A DNA stretch of 63,589 nt, filler included, from Octopus bimaculoides (Eukaryota), in the NCBI RefSeq assembly GCF_001194135.2. It is 4 parts of 4 records of this genome, joined end to end, with 100 filler letters (N's around TTAATTAATTAA, not from the genome) between each part and the next. Parts side by side here need not be neighbours in the genome. Positions count along the whole stretch, not along the records: positions 1 to 28,330 come from NC_068981.1; positions 28,431 to 51,707 come from NC_068994.1; 2 more parts are not named here. One strand, given 5' to 3'. The notes under the pieces are model-generated. The model saw nothing but the letters and a program-made list of their open reading frames with translations, was not told where the DNA came from and made no database searches. How positions within the stretch are numbered: the stretch's first letter is position 1; each line of letters begins with the position of its first letter. Shown in pieces: positions 25,401 through 36,639 of this stretch. Both the position numbers and the translations under genes were made by a program.

Positions 25401-26983
25401 CATCCAAAATGAAAGAAAAACAGGCATGACCCAAAATGAAGGTGGTGTAACTCAAGATAAAAGCAAGGATTCTGTGATTCAAGATGAAAGCAAGGCTTGG
25501 GTGACCCAGGAAGAAAGCGAAGCTGGCAAGACCCAAGATGAAAGTGAGGCTGATGTGGCCCAAGAAAAAAGTGAGACTGGTGTGCCCCAGGATGGAAGTG
25601 AAGCTGATGCACTCCAGAGTGAGAATGTGGATGGTGAATCCCAAATAGAAAGCAAGGATTATGTGTCAGAAATAGAAAGCAAGGACTCTACATCCGAAGC
25701 TGAAAGTGAAGTTGCTGTAACCCAGCACAAGCACAATCTTAGTGGAATTCAAGAAGAATTTGAGACTGGTGCAATTCAGAATGACAGCAAGATAAGCGTC
25801 ACCCAAGATAGAAGCAAGTCTAGCATGATACAGCATGAAGTTGATGTGATACCAGAAGAAAGTGAAGCTGGTGAGACCCAAGAAGAAAGCAAAGCTGGTG
25901 AAATCCAGGAAGAAAGAAAGGTTGGTGAGACTCGGGAAGAAAGTGAGAATAGTGAATCCCAGGAAGAAAGCGAAGATGGTGAAACCCAGGGAGAAAGTGA
26001 GGCTGGTGAGACCCAGGAAGAAAGTGAGGCTGGTGAGACCCAAGAAGAAAGTGAGGCTGGTAAGACCCAGGATGAAAGTGAGGCTGGTAAGACCCAGGAT
26101 GAAAGTGAGACTGGTAAGACCCAGGATGAAAGTGAGGCTGGTAAGACCCAGGATGAAAGTGAGGCTGGTGAGACCCAGGATGAAATTGAGGCTGGTAAGA
26201 CCCAGGATGAAAGTGAAGCTGGTGAATCTCAAGAAGAAAATGAAGCTGGTAAGACCCAGGAAGGAAACAAGACAGCCACAAAACTGGATAAGCCTGACTT
26301 ATATGAGATCATGGCTGGCCAGGTAAAATATTTGACTCTAACCAGAGATAGAAAGAGAAGTGAGGTCCAATGTCCAGCCAATGTAATGCAAGATGAAGAC
26401 ATGCCTGCTACAACTAATGATTTTGATTTTCTTAATGAAATCAAAAATGATGACAGAGAAGAACAAGAATTTAATATCAAAGTAAAATCTGTAAGCAAGA
26501 ATAAAAGTACTTCTAGGGTAAAAGAACTGGCTGAAAATGAAATACAAGTAGATGATGAAGCTATCTTTCAGCAAAACATTGAACACTCAAAGAAGTATTA
26601 CTTAAGAGGTAAAGAGAGCCAAACAACTCCTTCCTGCTCTTCCTTGCAACAAAGATCTTCTGTTGCTAATCCATCAGTCTCTCCAAAGCCTTCAAAGTCT
26701 CAAGATCTTAGCTTAAAACGTAGAGGAACAAAACGAAAATCTGCTAGTGACCATACAACAGAGGCTGAACAAGTATCAGCTCATTCAGTTTCAGAGAAAC
26801 TAAGACGACGAAGCAGAGAGACAAATTTAAGTAAAACCAGATCATATAGAATTGTAGACTCTTTGAGTGGAATTGGAGACTCTTTGACAATCAGTAATCA
26901 AGCTATAAAGCAGCTTCCCCCGGATATTGGGACAGTTCCAAATGAAAATCAACGTTTGCAGAAGACAGATCAACAAATATCAG
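8478..26983 (+). CDS. CENPT: Multi-exon gene, 3'-incomplete, at least 1500 codons; tentative CENP-T-like inner kinetochore protein
   Basis: Eight exons with canonical AG/GT ends join in frame (intron phases 0,0,1,2,1,1,1, then phase 1 after exon 8): 8478-8582, 11142-11228, 12207-12294, 13148-13256, 17111-17202, 18858-18959, 21668-21775, 23174-26983, total 4501 nt. The spliced N-terminus contains STSPKSL|LKQIA and [13 protein letters not shown]|APTETPVIP. These align by eye with human CENP-T STPRTLLRRVL and QTPRTLLKNILLTAPESSILMP (recalled). An acidic middle and basic distal region also fit. The histone fold is not seen, so the name rests on motifs only. Confidence 0.6.
9264..10823 (-). mobile_element. 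Decayed Tc1-family transposon, catalytic spacing D-36-E (Incomer-like)
   Basis: TIRs CAG(A/G)GGTTGGACAAAATAATGGAAAC with TA on both sides. HTH start [39 protein letters not shown] (10419-10634), [25 protein letters not shown]...[14 protein letters not shown]. Stops, frameshift and internal deletion present. Confidence 0.9.
9702..10135. mobile_element. 434-bp insertion with 4-bp TSD (GGTG), solo-LTR-like
   Basis: Interrupts the Tc1 transposase inside NAP|IH. GGTG at 9698-9701 and 10136-10139; starts TGT, ends ATA (not CA); internal AATAAA at 9985. Confidence 0.6.
11142..11228 (+). CDS. Coding exon 2 ([29 protein letters not shown])
   Basis: Polypyrimidine tract + tag acceptor ending 11141, donor GTAAGT at 11229; 87 nt, phase 0/0; completes the SPKSLLKQI motif. 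Confidence 0.8.
11597..11815. mobile_element. piggyBac-like MITE (TTAA-flanked, ...TTTAGCATT TIR)
   Basis: Right end aatgctaaaggg|TTAA, decayed left end tttttagcatt; homologous to 27802-28004. Confidence 0.6.
12207..12294 (+). CDS. Coding exon 3 ([29 protein letters not shown])
   Basis: Acceptor ttccag ending 12206, donor AG|GTAAGT at 12295; phase 0/1. Confidence 0.85.
12345..12658 (-). mobile_element. SINE/short retroposon with (GAT)n tail (family B)
   Basis: Reverse complement of the 27215-27635 element; also fragmentary at about 19025-19160 and 21020-21120. Confidence 0.8.
13148..13256 (+). CDS. Coding exon 4 ([37 protein letters not shown])
   Basis: Acceptor ttcttgtag ending 13147, donor AG|GTAATA at 13257; phase 1/2, open frame. 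Confidence 0.8.
13473..13564. repeat. 92-nt hairpin: 28-bp inverted arms, 36-nt loop
   Basis: ATATTGGTAACTAAATCA (13473-13490) is exactly complementary to 13547-13564; the arms extend to 28 bp with 3 mismatches. Confidence 0.8.
14688..15562 (+). mobile_element. Internally deleted DD37D (maT/Bmmar1-like) mariner element
   Basis: TA|CAGGGTG...CACCCTG|TA ends; ORF 14788-15282 has [10 protein letters not shown]...[12 protein letters not shown] with 37 residues between the last two D (counted by hand). Confidence 0.85.
17111..17202 (+). CDS. Coding exon 5 ([31 protein letters not shown])
   Basis: Long T tract + ccag acceptor ending 17110, donor AG|GTTTTT (weaker) at 17203; phase 2/1. Confidence 0.7.
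18858..18959 (+). CDS. Coding exon 6 ([34 protein letters not shown])
   Basis: Acceptor ttgtcag ending 18857, donor AG|GTAAGC at 18960; 102 nt, phase 1/1. Confidence 0.8.
19289..19446 (-). mobile_element. SINE family A
   Basis: Diverged reverse complement of 6511-6669. Confidence 0.75.
20648..20881 (-). mobile_element. tRNA-derived SINE (family C), full length
   Basis: Minus strand aaggcggtgagctggcagaa...gagttcaaattccgccgaggttgactttacctttcatcc...; homologues at 50305-50745 and 62112-62539. Confidence 0.8.
21668..21775 (+). CDS. Coding exon 7 ([36 protein letters not shown])
   Basis: Acceptor tttttactag ending 21667, donor AG|GTAATT at 21776; 108 nt, phase 1/1; 3' half is paralogous to exon 6. 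Confidence 0.8.
23174..26983 (+). CDS. Giant coding exon 8 (3810 nt, 1270 codons), E/D/S/K-rich, probably intrinsically disordered
   Basis: Lies in the 1307-aa ORF 23158-27081. Acceptor ctgactttag ends at 23173 in the phase expected from exon 7. Probable donor AG|GTTGGA at 26984, after which the ORF turns intron-like (FCFFFKLAF). The 3' boundary is less certain. Confidence 0.85.
24946..25170 (+). repeat. Two-copy coding duplication ([16 protein letters not shown]...S.KGEN.SV), 111-bp offset
   Basis: GACATTCCACTGTTTGAAGTTGAAAGCTTGTCA at 24952 and 25063. Confidence 0.9.
25849..26265 (+). repeat. Coding 27-bp tandem repeat, 15 units + partial, consensus TQ(D/E)ESEAG(K/E)
   Basis: Units such as GAAAGTGAGGCTGGTAAGACCCAGGAT are directly visible; more degenerate 9-aa units extend upstream to about 25220. 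Confidence 0.95.
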
Positions 26984-27214
26984 GTTGGACATTGTTTTGT
27001 TTTTTTTTTAAACTTGCTTTTGAATGTTTATATACTGGACCCATCTTGATTTGGTATTACTCATTCATTCATCTAAGCTGAAAATGATAGGTGCCAATTC
27101 ATTTTCAAGAATTGCAAGTCAAAGAACTTGACTGTTAAAAGATTGGAAGTCCACTTTGACATACCCATTTCCATCAAGTCATATTAGGATGTTGAGAGGG
27201 ATCTGTTGTTTCAG

Positions 27215-27635
27215 TTACTCATTTTCGAGCGAGATCGTTGTCAGTGCCCCTGGACTGGCTCTTGTGCGGGTGGCACATAAAATACACCATTTTGAGTGTG
27301 GCCGTTGCCAGTACCGCCTGACTGACCTTCATAGGATTTTCGAGCGAGATCGTTGCCAGTGCCCCTGGACTGGCTCCTATGCGGGTGGCACATAAAATAC
27401 ACCATTTTGAGCGTGGCCGTCGCCAATACCGCCTGACTGGCCTTCGTGCGGGTGACACGTAAAAGCACCCACTACACTCTCTGAGTGGTTGGCATTAGGA
27501 AGGGCATCCAGCTGTAGAAACTCTGCCAAATCAGATTGGAGGCTGGTGTTGCCATCCGGTTTCACCAGTCCTCAGTCAAATCGTCCAACCCATGCTAGCA
27601 TGGAAAGTGGATGTTAAATGATGATGATGATGATG
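27215..27635 (+). mobile_element. SINE/short retroposon (family B) with an internal 115-bp tandem duplication
   Basis: attttcgagcgagatcgttg... at 27221 and 27336; ends catgctagcatggaaagtggatgttaa(atg)n. Confidence 0.8.
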
Positions 27636-27801
27636 TCTTTCATGCTAATTTCTTAAACTTACTTGCACATTGATATTAAAACATTCCTCTACCTTAAAAG
27701 ACTATAGAGGAGGTTATGCTTTGGAGTTTCCTCTCTAAGGCAGAAGTTAGTATGGAGGGAAATGCCATCTATGTTGACTTTCATTTAGTCCCTTAAGTTA
27801 A

Positions 27802-28004
27802 CCTGTTAGCATTCAAATTACTCTATAAAAGGTAATGCTTATTTATTTATGAAATAATCATGCATTATCTCACAGCTTCAAGATTTCAACGATTTATTTT
27901 AGAATGACATTATAGGGTAGGTGTGAGAGGCCAGATCTGGTCAGTTTGAACATAAAACAGGTAGAATATTTGGGTCAGATATGGCTAGTTTAAATGCTAA
28001 AGGA
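27802..28004. mobile_element. piggyBac-like MITE
   Basis: TTAA|cctgttagcattcaaa ... tttaaatgctaaagga|TTAA. Confidence 0.7.
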
Positions 28005-28043
28005 TTAAGGCTCCTGCAACTATCCTATTCTGATGTTTTAGAA

Positions 28044-28170
28044 CAGGGGTTTTCAAACTGTGGTCCGCGGACCACAGGGGGTCTACAAGGACAAGACAGC
28101 AAATATTTTTTATGGGCAATTTGATTTTATATATGTTTTTTAATCGAAATCTTTTAATTGACAATAAACC
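28044..28170 (+). mobile_element. hAT (Charlie-like) MITE 5' fragment
   Basis: CAGGGGTTTTCAAACTGTGGTCCGCGGACC terminal motif typical of Charlie-type hAT elements; no matching right end seen. Confidence 0.5.
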
Positions 28171-28330
28171 TATTTGTTCCTAAGCTTCGCCATCTTTCCT
28201 TGTACAAAGGCTTCTTAAATTCATGCTACTTATCTATTCTATTTACCTAGGTTTCATTGCTCTTTTAAAAATTACGATTTATGCATTGTTGTCTCTCAAA
28301 TATTTAGAATCTACGATTAAGAAGTCTATC

Positions 28331-28430
28331 NNNNNNNNNNNNNNNNNNNNNNNNNNNNNNNNNNNNNNNNNNNNTTAATTAATTAANNNNNNNNNNNNNN
28401 NNNNNNNNNNNNNNNNNNNNNNNNNNNNNN
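28331..28430. other. Artificial scaffold linker 44N-TTAATTAATTAA-44N
   Basis: Six-frame-stop 12-mer at 28375-28386 inside exactly 44+44 N. Confidence 0.95.
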
Positions 28431-28502
<72 letters not shown>

Positions 28503-28768
28503 ATATAACAGAACTGAAAGAGAAAGAAAAAACAACAAAAAGACCAACAAGAAACAACAAAAACCCAACCTAGAATTTCTGGCATGGGAACAGGAGCAAG
28601 TAAGCCTCCCCTCATCACCTTCCTCAAACTCGTAGACCCATGTCAGTTCACTCGCTGGCCCTGTTGAATGCCTGTTGTCACTCGTAAACACGTTGACTCA
28701 CTCGTAAACACGTTGTTTCACGCATACATACCTATTCGTTCTACACACATACCAGTTAATTCTCGCTC

Positions 28769-28827
<59 letters not shown>

Positions 28828-29812
28828 NNNNNNNNNNNNNNNNNNNNNNNNNNNNNNNNNNNNNNNNNNNNNNNNNNNNNNNNNNNNNNNNNNNNNNNNN
28901 NNNNNNNNNNNNNNNNNNNNNNNNNNNNNNNNNNNNNNNNNNNNNNNNNNNNNNNNNNNNNNNNNNNNNNNNNNNNNNNNNNNNNNNNNNNNNNNNNNNN
29001 NNNNNNNNNNNNNNNNNNNNNNNNNNNNNNNNNNNNNNNNNNNNNNNNNNNNNNNNNNNNNNNNNNNNNNNNNNNNNNNNNNNNNNNNNNNNNNNNNNNN
29101 NNNNNNNNNNNNNNNNNNNNNNNNNNNNNNNNNNNNNNNNNNNNNNNNNNNNNNNNNNNNNNNNNNNNNNNNNNNNNNNNNNNNNNNNNNNNNNNNNNNN
29201 NNNNNNNNNNNNNNNNNNNNNNNNNNNNNNNNNNNNNNNNNNNNNNNNNNNNNNNNNNNNNNNNNNNNNNNNNNNNNNNNNNNNNNNNNNNNNNNNNNNN
29301 NNNNNNNNNNNNNNNNNNNNNNNNNNNNNNNNNNNNNNNNNNNNNNNNNNNNNNNNNNNNNNNNNNNNNNNNNNNNNNNNNNNNNNNNNNNNNNNNNNNN
29401 NNNNNNNNNNNNNNNNNNNNNNNNNNNNNNNNNNNNNNNNNNNNNNNNNNNNNNNNNNNNNNNNNNNNNNNNNNNNNNNNNNNNNNNNNNNNNNNNNNNN
29501 NNNNNNNNNNNNNNNNNNNNNNNNNNNNNNNNNNNNNNNNNNNNNNNNNNNNNNNNNNNNNNNNNNNNNNNNNNNNNNNNNNNNNNNNNNNNNNNNNNNN
29601 NNNNNNNNNNNNNNNNNNNNNNNNNNNNNNNNNNNNNNNNNNNNNNNNNNNNNNNNNNNNNNNNNNNNNNNNNNNNNNNNNNNNNNNNNNNNNNNNNNNN
29701 NNNNNNNNNNNNNNNNNNNNNNNNNNNNNNNNNNNNNNNNNNNNNNNNNNNNNNNNNNNNNNNNNNNNNNNNNNNNNNNNNNNNNNNNNNNNNNNNNNNN
29801 NNNNNNNNNNNN

Positions 29813-29975
29813 ACCGATGTTGGTATGTTTACGTTCTCGTAACTTAGTGGTTCGGCAAACGAGACCAATAGAATAAGTACCAGACTTACAAAGAATAAGT
29901 CCTTCCGTCGATTTGTTCGACTAAAGGCGGTGCTCCAGCATGGCCGCTGTCAAATGACTGAAACAAGTAAAAGAT
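29813..29975. mobile_element. Abundant interspersed repeat (family D: ...cagtcatttgactgcggccatgctggagcaccgcc...), reverse orientation
   Basis: Matches copies at 38833-38923, 53325-53470, 58090-58265, 60545-60720 and others. Confidence 0.7.
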
Positions 29976-30291
29976 ATAGTACGGAGACGTAAACACGCCA
30001 ACGGCGGTTGTCAAGTTATGATGGCGGACAGATACAGACGCATGTATGTATGTATGTATGTGTGTATGTATGTATGTGTGTGTGTGTGTGTGTGTGTATG
30101 TGTGCGTGCGTGCGTGCGTGTGTGTGTGTGTATGTATGTTTGTATGTATGTTTGTGTGTGTGTGTATGTACGTATCTATGTGTGCATGCATGCGCACGCG
30201 TGTGTATGTATGTCTATGTACGTACGTATTCATGCAAGAATGTACGGATATATGTATGTATGCATGTATGCATATTTGTATATGTGCGTGC

Positions 30292-30332
<41 letters not shown>

Positions 30333-31020
30333 CATGCAAAAATATAAATACAGTATATTAATTAGATTCATGCAAACGTAATAACGTTTTTTTCCCGTGT
30401 TATTTGAAACTTTGGTGCTTATTATAGAAGAAACCGTTCAATTAATATAGAATTTTGATGCGCAGATGTCTGGGCATTCATTTATGCTAATAGTTTGATT
30501 TCGCTTTTTATTCTTGTTTAGTTTAGATATGTCAAATTAAAGCTGGAATAATAGAAAGCAAATTCGAGCGAATTTCTTTTGTGAGTTCAAAATGAAATGC
30601 AAAGCAGCAGAAACTGCTGGCAGTATCAATCAAGCATTTGAGTAGGGGAGCGTTAACAACGAAACGAACGTACAATTTAACATCAATTTAAAAACGAAAA
30701 AAGAAAAAGCAAAATAATGTCTGTGTGGAGTCAGACGATAACGTTGAAAACAACTGAATGTCGCAGACGACATTCTACGGTAGGTAACAATCAAATGAGT
30801 AGCATTATTAAATAGTTTCTATGTTTTTATTTTATTTTTAGAATGGACCCGTGCAATGAAAATTGCGAGAGGTTTCAGCAGAATTAAACATCAACCATTC
30901 AACAATTTTTTTCGATTTTTTTTTTTATTTGTTCTTGTCATTAGATTGCGGCCATGCTGGGGCGCCGCTTAAAAAAAAAACGATTCTGCCAGCTCGCCGC
31001 CTTCACCATCTATCATTTCT

Positions 31021-31503
31021 TCAGTTAATTTTTTGATCTTGGACGAAGTTATTCCCGTTTGAGAAAAACCAAATCAAATCTTCTGCTGAATTTTTCAGTT
31101 TGTTTAAGAACCTTTTAGATCTGATGGGATTTCTGACAAATTGACCTTTCCTCATCATATAAGACTTATATCTGATGTCTTTATGGACAACATTTCTGAC
31201 TGCTCCTTGCAGCACATGGAGATCTTTCGCAATTGACTTCCTGGGATTGTAATCAACTTGAACTTGCTGGATAAATTCAGGTATTCTGATGATTTCAGAG
31301 CATTTAGAATACTTTTTATGCTTTGGTACTGGTGATATGTTTCCATCTTCAGTCTGTAACTCCTTACAAACTTTGTAGACGAAAGATTTTAAAAATCGAG
31401 ATATTTCTAAATCACTATGTTCAGCCTTTATAACCACAATAACAGTATGCCTCTTCATTTCTTGAGTAAGCCGAGGGTCTGCTATTATTATTTTCTGAAA
31501 CAA
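31021..31503 (-). pseudogene. N-terminal half of a second maT-type transposase subfamily
   Basis: MKRHTVIVVIKAEHSDLEISRFL...DIRYKSYMMRKGQF...LIWFFSNGNNFVQDQKIN parallels DIRYFSYKIRKGQF...LWFFSDEK in the 39587 copy. Confidence 0.75.
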
Positions 31504-31590
31504 AGATTATACAGAGTTAGCAAAATATGCAGCAATGACCCAGAAAAGGTATGTGCTCAAATACGTTATGTACCCTGCATATATCTGTGT

Positions 31591-31746
31591 TTCTTTCAAT
31601 TTCCGTCTACCAAATCCCCTCACAAGGCTTTAGTCGGCTCGAGGCTATAATAGAAGACACTTGCTCAAAGGGCCACGCAGTGGGATTGAACCCGGAATCA
31701 TGTGGTTGGTAAGCAAGCTTCTCACCACATAGCAACGTCCACGCCC
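31591..31746 (-). mobile_element. SINE family A
   Basis: Reverse complement of 6511-6669. Confidence 0.8.
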
Positions 31747-32058
31747 GCACCACATTGGGAAAAAAGTGGGTGGGAACTATATAAGAGCAACGCACGAACC
31801 GATTGCACCCCACCTAAAAAGAAAAAAAAATCGACAACAACAACAAAAAAACATAATTTCTCGGAGTTCCTTTTACGTCACATAATTCTTGATTGCTTTT
31901 GTGACATGTGACCTAAACTAGTTTTTATTGGGCAAAAATTTGTAGATTTATTTTGCTTATTATTTTGGTTAAGCATCTTATTGTGGATTGAGATCTGAGA
32001 TACACTGCTTTAAACTAATAGTTAAAAGCCATATAATATCCGATACATACATACATAC

Positions 32059-32130
<72 letters not shown>

Positions 32131-32465
32131 GTATATATATATATATTCACACATACACATATGTTTGTATGTACCTTTGTTAGTTGGTTAAGTTATGGAG
32201 CTGGGATCATGCTGGTAGATGGCCTTATATATATTCTTTTATTATATATATATATATATATGTGTGTGTGTTGTATATTTTATATATTGCTATTTGTAAA
32301 TAACAGCGTCGTACGTTATCGGTTTCCAATGGATGAGCCAATCACTTGTACAATGCATTTACAATGGCGGCAGTGACGCATACGTACAAATATGCATACA
32401 CACAAACACGCGCGCACAGACACACACACACACACTCACACACGCGCACACGTACATACATACAA

Positions 32466-32499
<34 letters not shown>

Positions 32500-32531
32500 G
32501 TAAATTCATACATATTGTTACACACATACAA

Positions 32532-32569
<38 letters not shown>

Positions 32570-33584
32570 GTAAATTCATACATATTGTTACACACATATA
32601 AACACACATATGCACATTGTACGCACTAGTCCAAAAATATTGGGTTCATACATGCAATGACAAATACGAATAGAAAGTTAATGTTATTGATGCCGTATAA
32701 ATTCCATTAAAAAAGCCTTGTTTCTTAGTAGAGGTTGGCACTGATTCTATTGGTGGGAAATTTCTAGAATAAAACCAGCCGAACAAACATACGCGCATAC
32801 ATAAATTCTCGTATATGTAAATATATACACATGCATGTGTATGTATATAGACAGATGCATGAGTACACATGTGCATTAAGAGTAATCAAACACACACTGT
32901 TGTGTACCACAGAGCCATGCAAATCCATTGAATGACTGCACAGCCACACACCTGTACCTACATATATGCACATGTGTGCATACATTAACTCAGATATTCA
33001 CAATCCACTGGAAATGTCTTGACTACGCCCAACCCCCCCAAATAAAGACAAAGCAAAACATTAAAAAGCTAAAGCAAAAGTGAAACAAAACAAAACAAAA
33101 TAAAGCAAAATCGTCTTGTCATGGTTTTAGCGACCATTTTGAATTCTGCAATGAGCCTAAATAAATTGCATTGAAAAACGCACATATATATTTGTATGCA
33201 TAATACAAATATAAATCGCATAGAGAAACACATATGACTACATGTATAATGCAAATATAAATGAATATATCAATACACGTTCAAACAGACAGATAGGGAG
33301 ACAGACAGACAGACACACATATATATCAATATGCATAGAGACACAGTCACGCAAGCATCCACACGCACGCATAAGCATACACCTTCAAATATTTAAAGGA
33401 TGAATGGCTGCACAAAGGATCGTGAAAAGAACAGGTGGCCATACACACTATAAGCTTTAAAACTCCTGCATGGTAGAGAAAACACACACACACTCTCACA
33501 CACACACACGTACACATACACACGCCCACCCACGCGTACGAACATGCATGTGTACATGTGTACATGTGTACATATGTACATGTG

Positions 33585-33636
<52 letters not shown>

Positions 33637-33645
33637 TGTGTGTAC

Positions 33646-33800
33646 AGGCGCAGACGTGGTTGTGTGGTAAGAAGTTTGCTCCCCAATCGCATGGTTTCTG
33701 GTTCAGTCCCACTGCGTGGCACCTTGGGCAGGTGCTTTCTTCGATAGCCTCAGGTCAATCAAAGCCTTGTGAGTGGATTTGGTAGATGGAAACTGAAAGA
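33646..33800 (+). mobile_element. SINE family A
   Basis: aggcgcagacgtggttgtgtggtaag...ggaaactgaaag, followed by (TG)n. Confidence 0.85.
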
Positions 33801-34013
33801 CATGTGTGTGTATGTATGTGTGTGTGTGTGTGTATGTGTGTGTGTGTGTGTGTATGCGCGCGCGCGCGCGTGTGTGTGTGTGTTTGTTTGATATTTCGGA
33901 CTAATGGGTATATGTCTATTAGTGTGGCACATTTTGGGTTTCCTGGTGCTATCCGCAGTCGGGGTATATTACCGTTGGATCTACATCAGAAACTCCACAG
34001 TGGTAGTTGAGAT

Positions 34014-34049
<36 letters not shown>

Positions 34050-35347
34050 AATAATAATGATAATAATAATGATAATAATAATAATAATAATAATAAGACA
34101 AATACATAACAAAAACACCAGGACTTACAAATATATATAACATACAGAAAATTGCACTATTGGGCACTGCACACATACTACGCAAAAGCACTTTCAATAC
34201 AGTAACCATAAGAGCATCACAGCAAACGACATCACATACCCAAGGCACACAGAGCTGCGCTCGGTAGTGAAGTGAAAGCACGTTATAAAAATAAAACTAC
34301 TGAATAATAATAATAATAGTTTCTTAAGTAACTAGAAGATGGATTTGGTATTAATCTTTATTTTGTAGAATGGTCGTTTCAACTCACCCTGCTACGATCC
34401 CTTATGGGTGGGATTCCGTTCAACATGTGTTGCATCCATTTTGCAGTCTGAGTCTCATTAGGTACAGCCATACATAAAGTTGTGTCTCCTTAAAGATCTT
34501 TAGTTTTGGCTGTCATGTTGTTATATGTCCATCTGGTTAGGGAATGAAAGATCGCTACAATTTCCTTGTAGGTACATACAAATGTTTGTAATTCTTGTAG
34601 AAAGATAACAGCAAAAGATAAAAGTTATACACACATTCATATGCATTGATATCAAGATACGTACGTAAGTACATGCATACGCATGCACCTCACACGATCA
34701 TGCGCATACACATACACAAACGCACATACACAAACGCACATACACAAACATACATACGTATATATTTCATCCATCTATCCATCCTTTATTCTGTACATAC
34801 ATAAATACATACTTAAATCCATCCATCCATCCATCCGTCCATCCATCCATCCGTCTGTCCGTCCATCCATCCGTCCATCCATCCATCTATCCATCCATTC
34901 ATCCATCCATCCAACCATCCGCACACACACATACATGCACACTCAAAAACAAAAAGATCTTGGTCGAAACTTCTTTTGAATAACGTAAACGGAAAAGACC
35001 AGACACAAGGTTCTGGGACAGAGAATAAAGAGTGCAAAGAAGAACAGAAATCAGTTGCCTAGCAGACGTTAATAGAATGGTTAAGATAAAAGGCAGCCGA
35101 AACTATTTTTGGCAAGCTAATGAGAAAGCAGCAGACTTATAGCCGTGATTACAGAGGCTCTTGGTTACGTAACTAACTGCCTCAGGAACTATTTTGTGAT
35201 GTCAGGCTTCGCAAAATCCAGATAAGACACAACTAATTAGAAAATTCCAATTATAAGCCTTTAATGGAGTTGTAAAATTGTGTAAAAGTTTCCTGAATTT
35301 TATCCTGCAATATCTGTACGTCGGCATGTATAGACTATACGTAGACA

Positions 35348-35407
<60 letters not shown>

Positions 35408-35592
35408 NNNNNNNNNNNNNNNNNNNNNNNNNNNNNNNNNNNNNNNNNNNNNNNNNNNNNNNNNNNNNNNNNNNNNNNNNNNNNNNNNNNNNNNNNNNNN
35501 NNNNNNNNNNNNNNNNNNTGTATGTATGTATACATACACATGTACACATAGACATGCACACATACGTGCACATACATTAAACATACACACAC

Positions 35593-35663
<71 letters not shown>

Positions 35664-36302
35664 AATATATATACACGTACATAGAACATGCCTGTAGTCA
35701 CACACGTATACATACACACATAAACATATGTATATACGCACATACACTCATATACACATGCGCGTAGGTACACACGCACGCTTACACTCACACACACATA
35801 CACGTACGGTTGCGCATACATAACGCATATTCATATGGACGCATACAAAAACACATGCATACACACATACACACACACGCGCGCGCGCAGAGTCATACTT
35901 GCACGCAAGCACACGCACATTTATACTCACAGACACACGTACGGTTATGCCCACGCGCATACACATGCACGCATATACACACATACAGACACAGATAGGC
36001 AGGCACACACACACACATACACCTGCATGCACACACTCACACACATCCACACACACACACACTCACATACATATATATATGCATAAAGATAAATCGCAGT
36101 ATAAATGCATGCTTTGACATGCAAACATGCAACCATACACGTGCACACATGAATATTCATAGCAAACACACTTCATACGCATATACAGACATACGGCCAT
36201 ATTTCCACACACACACGCATACGCATGTGTGTGTGTAAGCGCTTGCACTCAAACATTCCATTCAAACACATACACAAATACACACACACATATATATATA
36301 TG

Positions 36303-36466
36303 AGGCGCAGGAGTGGGTGTGTGTTAAGTAGTTTGCTTACCAACCACATGGTTCTGGGTTCAGTCCCACTGCGTGGCACCTCGGGCAAGTGTCTTCTACT
36401 ATAGCTTCGGGCCGACCAAAGCCTTGTGAGTGGATTTGGTAGACGGAAACTGAAAGAAGCCCGTCG
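36303..36466 (+). mobile_element. SINE family A
   Basis: aggcgcaggagtgg...gaagcccgtcg, followed by (TA)n. Confidence 0.85.
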
Positions 36467-36639
36467 TATATATATATATATGTATATATAAATATAAATA
36501 TATATATATATAAATATATATAAATATATATATATATATGTATAACCTACGGGTTTCCACACATTTCCGTCTACCAAATGCATTCACAAGGCATTGGTCT
36601 ATCCGGTGATATAGTAGAAGACACTTGTCCTAGGTACCT

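Noticed and set aside
25849-26265. Regularly spaced short repeats as a possible CRISPR array
   Set aside because: Contiguous in-frame 27-bp units with no unique spacers, in a eukaryotic exon, with no cas genes
23139-26586. Many overlapping antisense and alternative-frame ORFs inside the giant exon
   Set aside because: Shadow ORFs of a biased, repetitive coding sequence
28251-28330. Open frame just before the first linker as a possible next exon of the CENP-T-like gene
   Set aside because: Two possible acceptors give peptides with no CENP-T histone-fold similarity, and the sequence ends at the linker; unsupported
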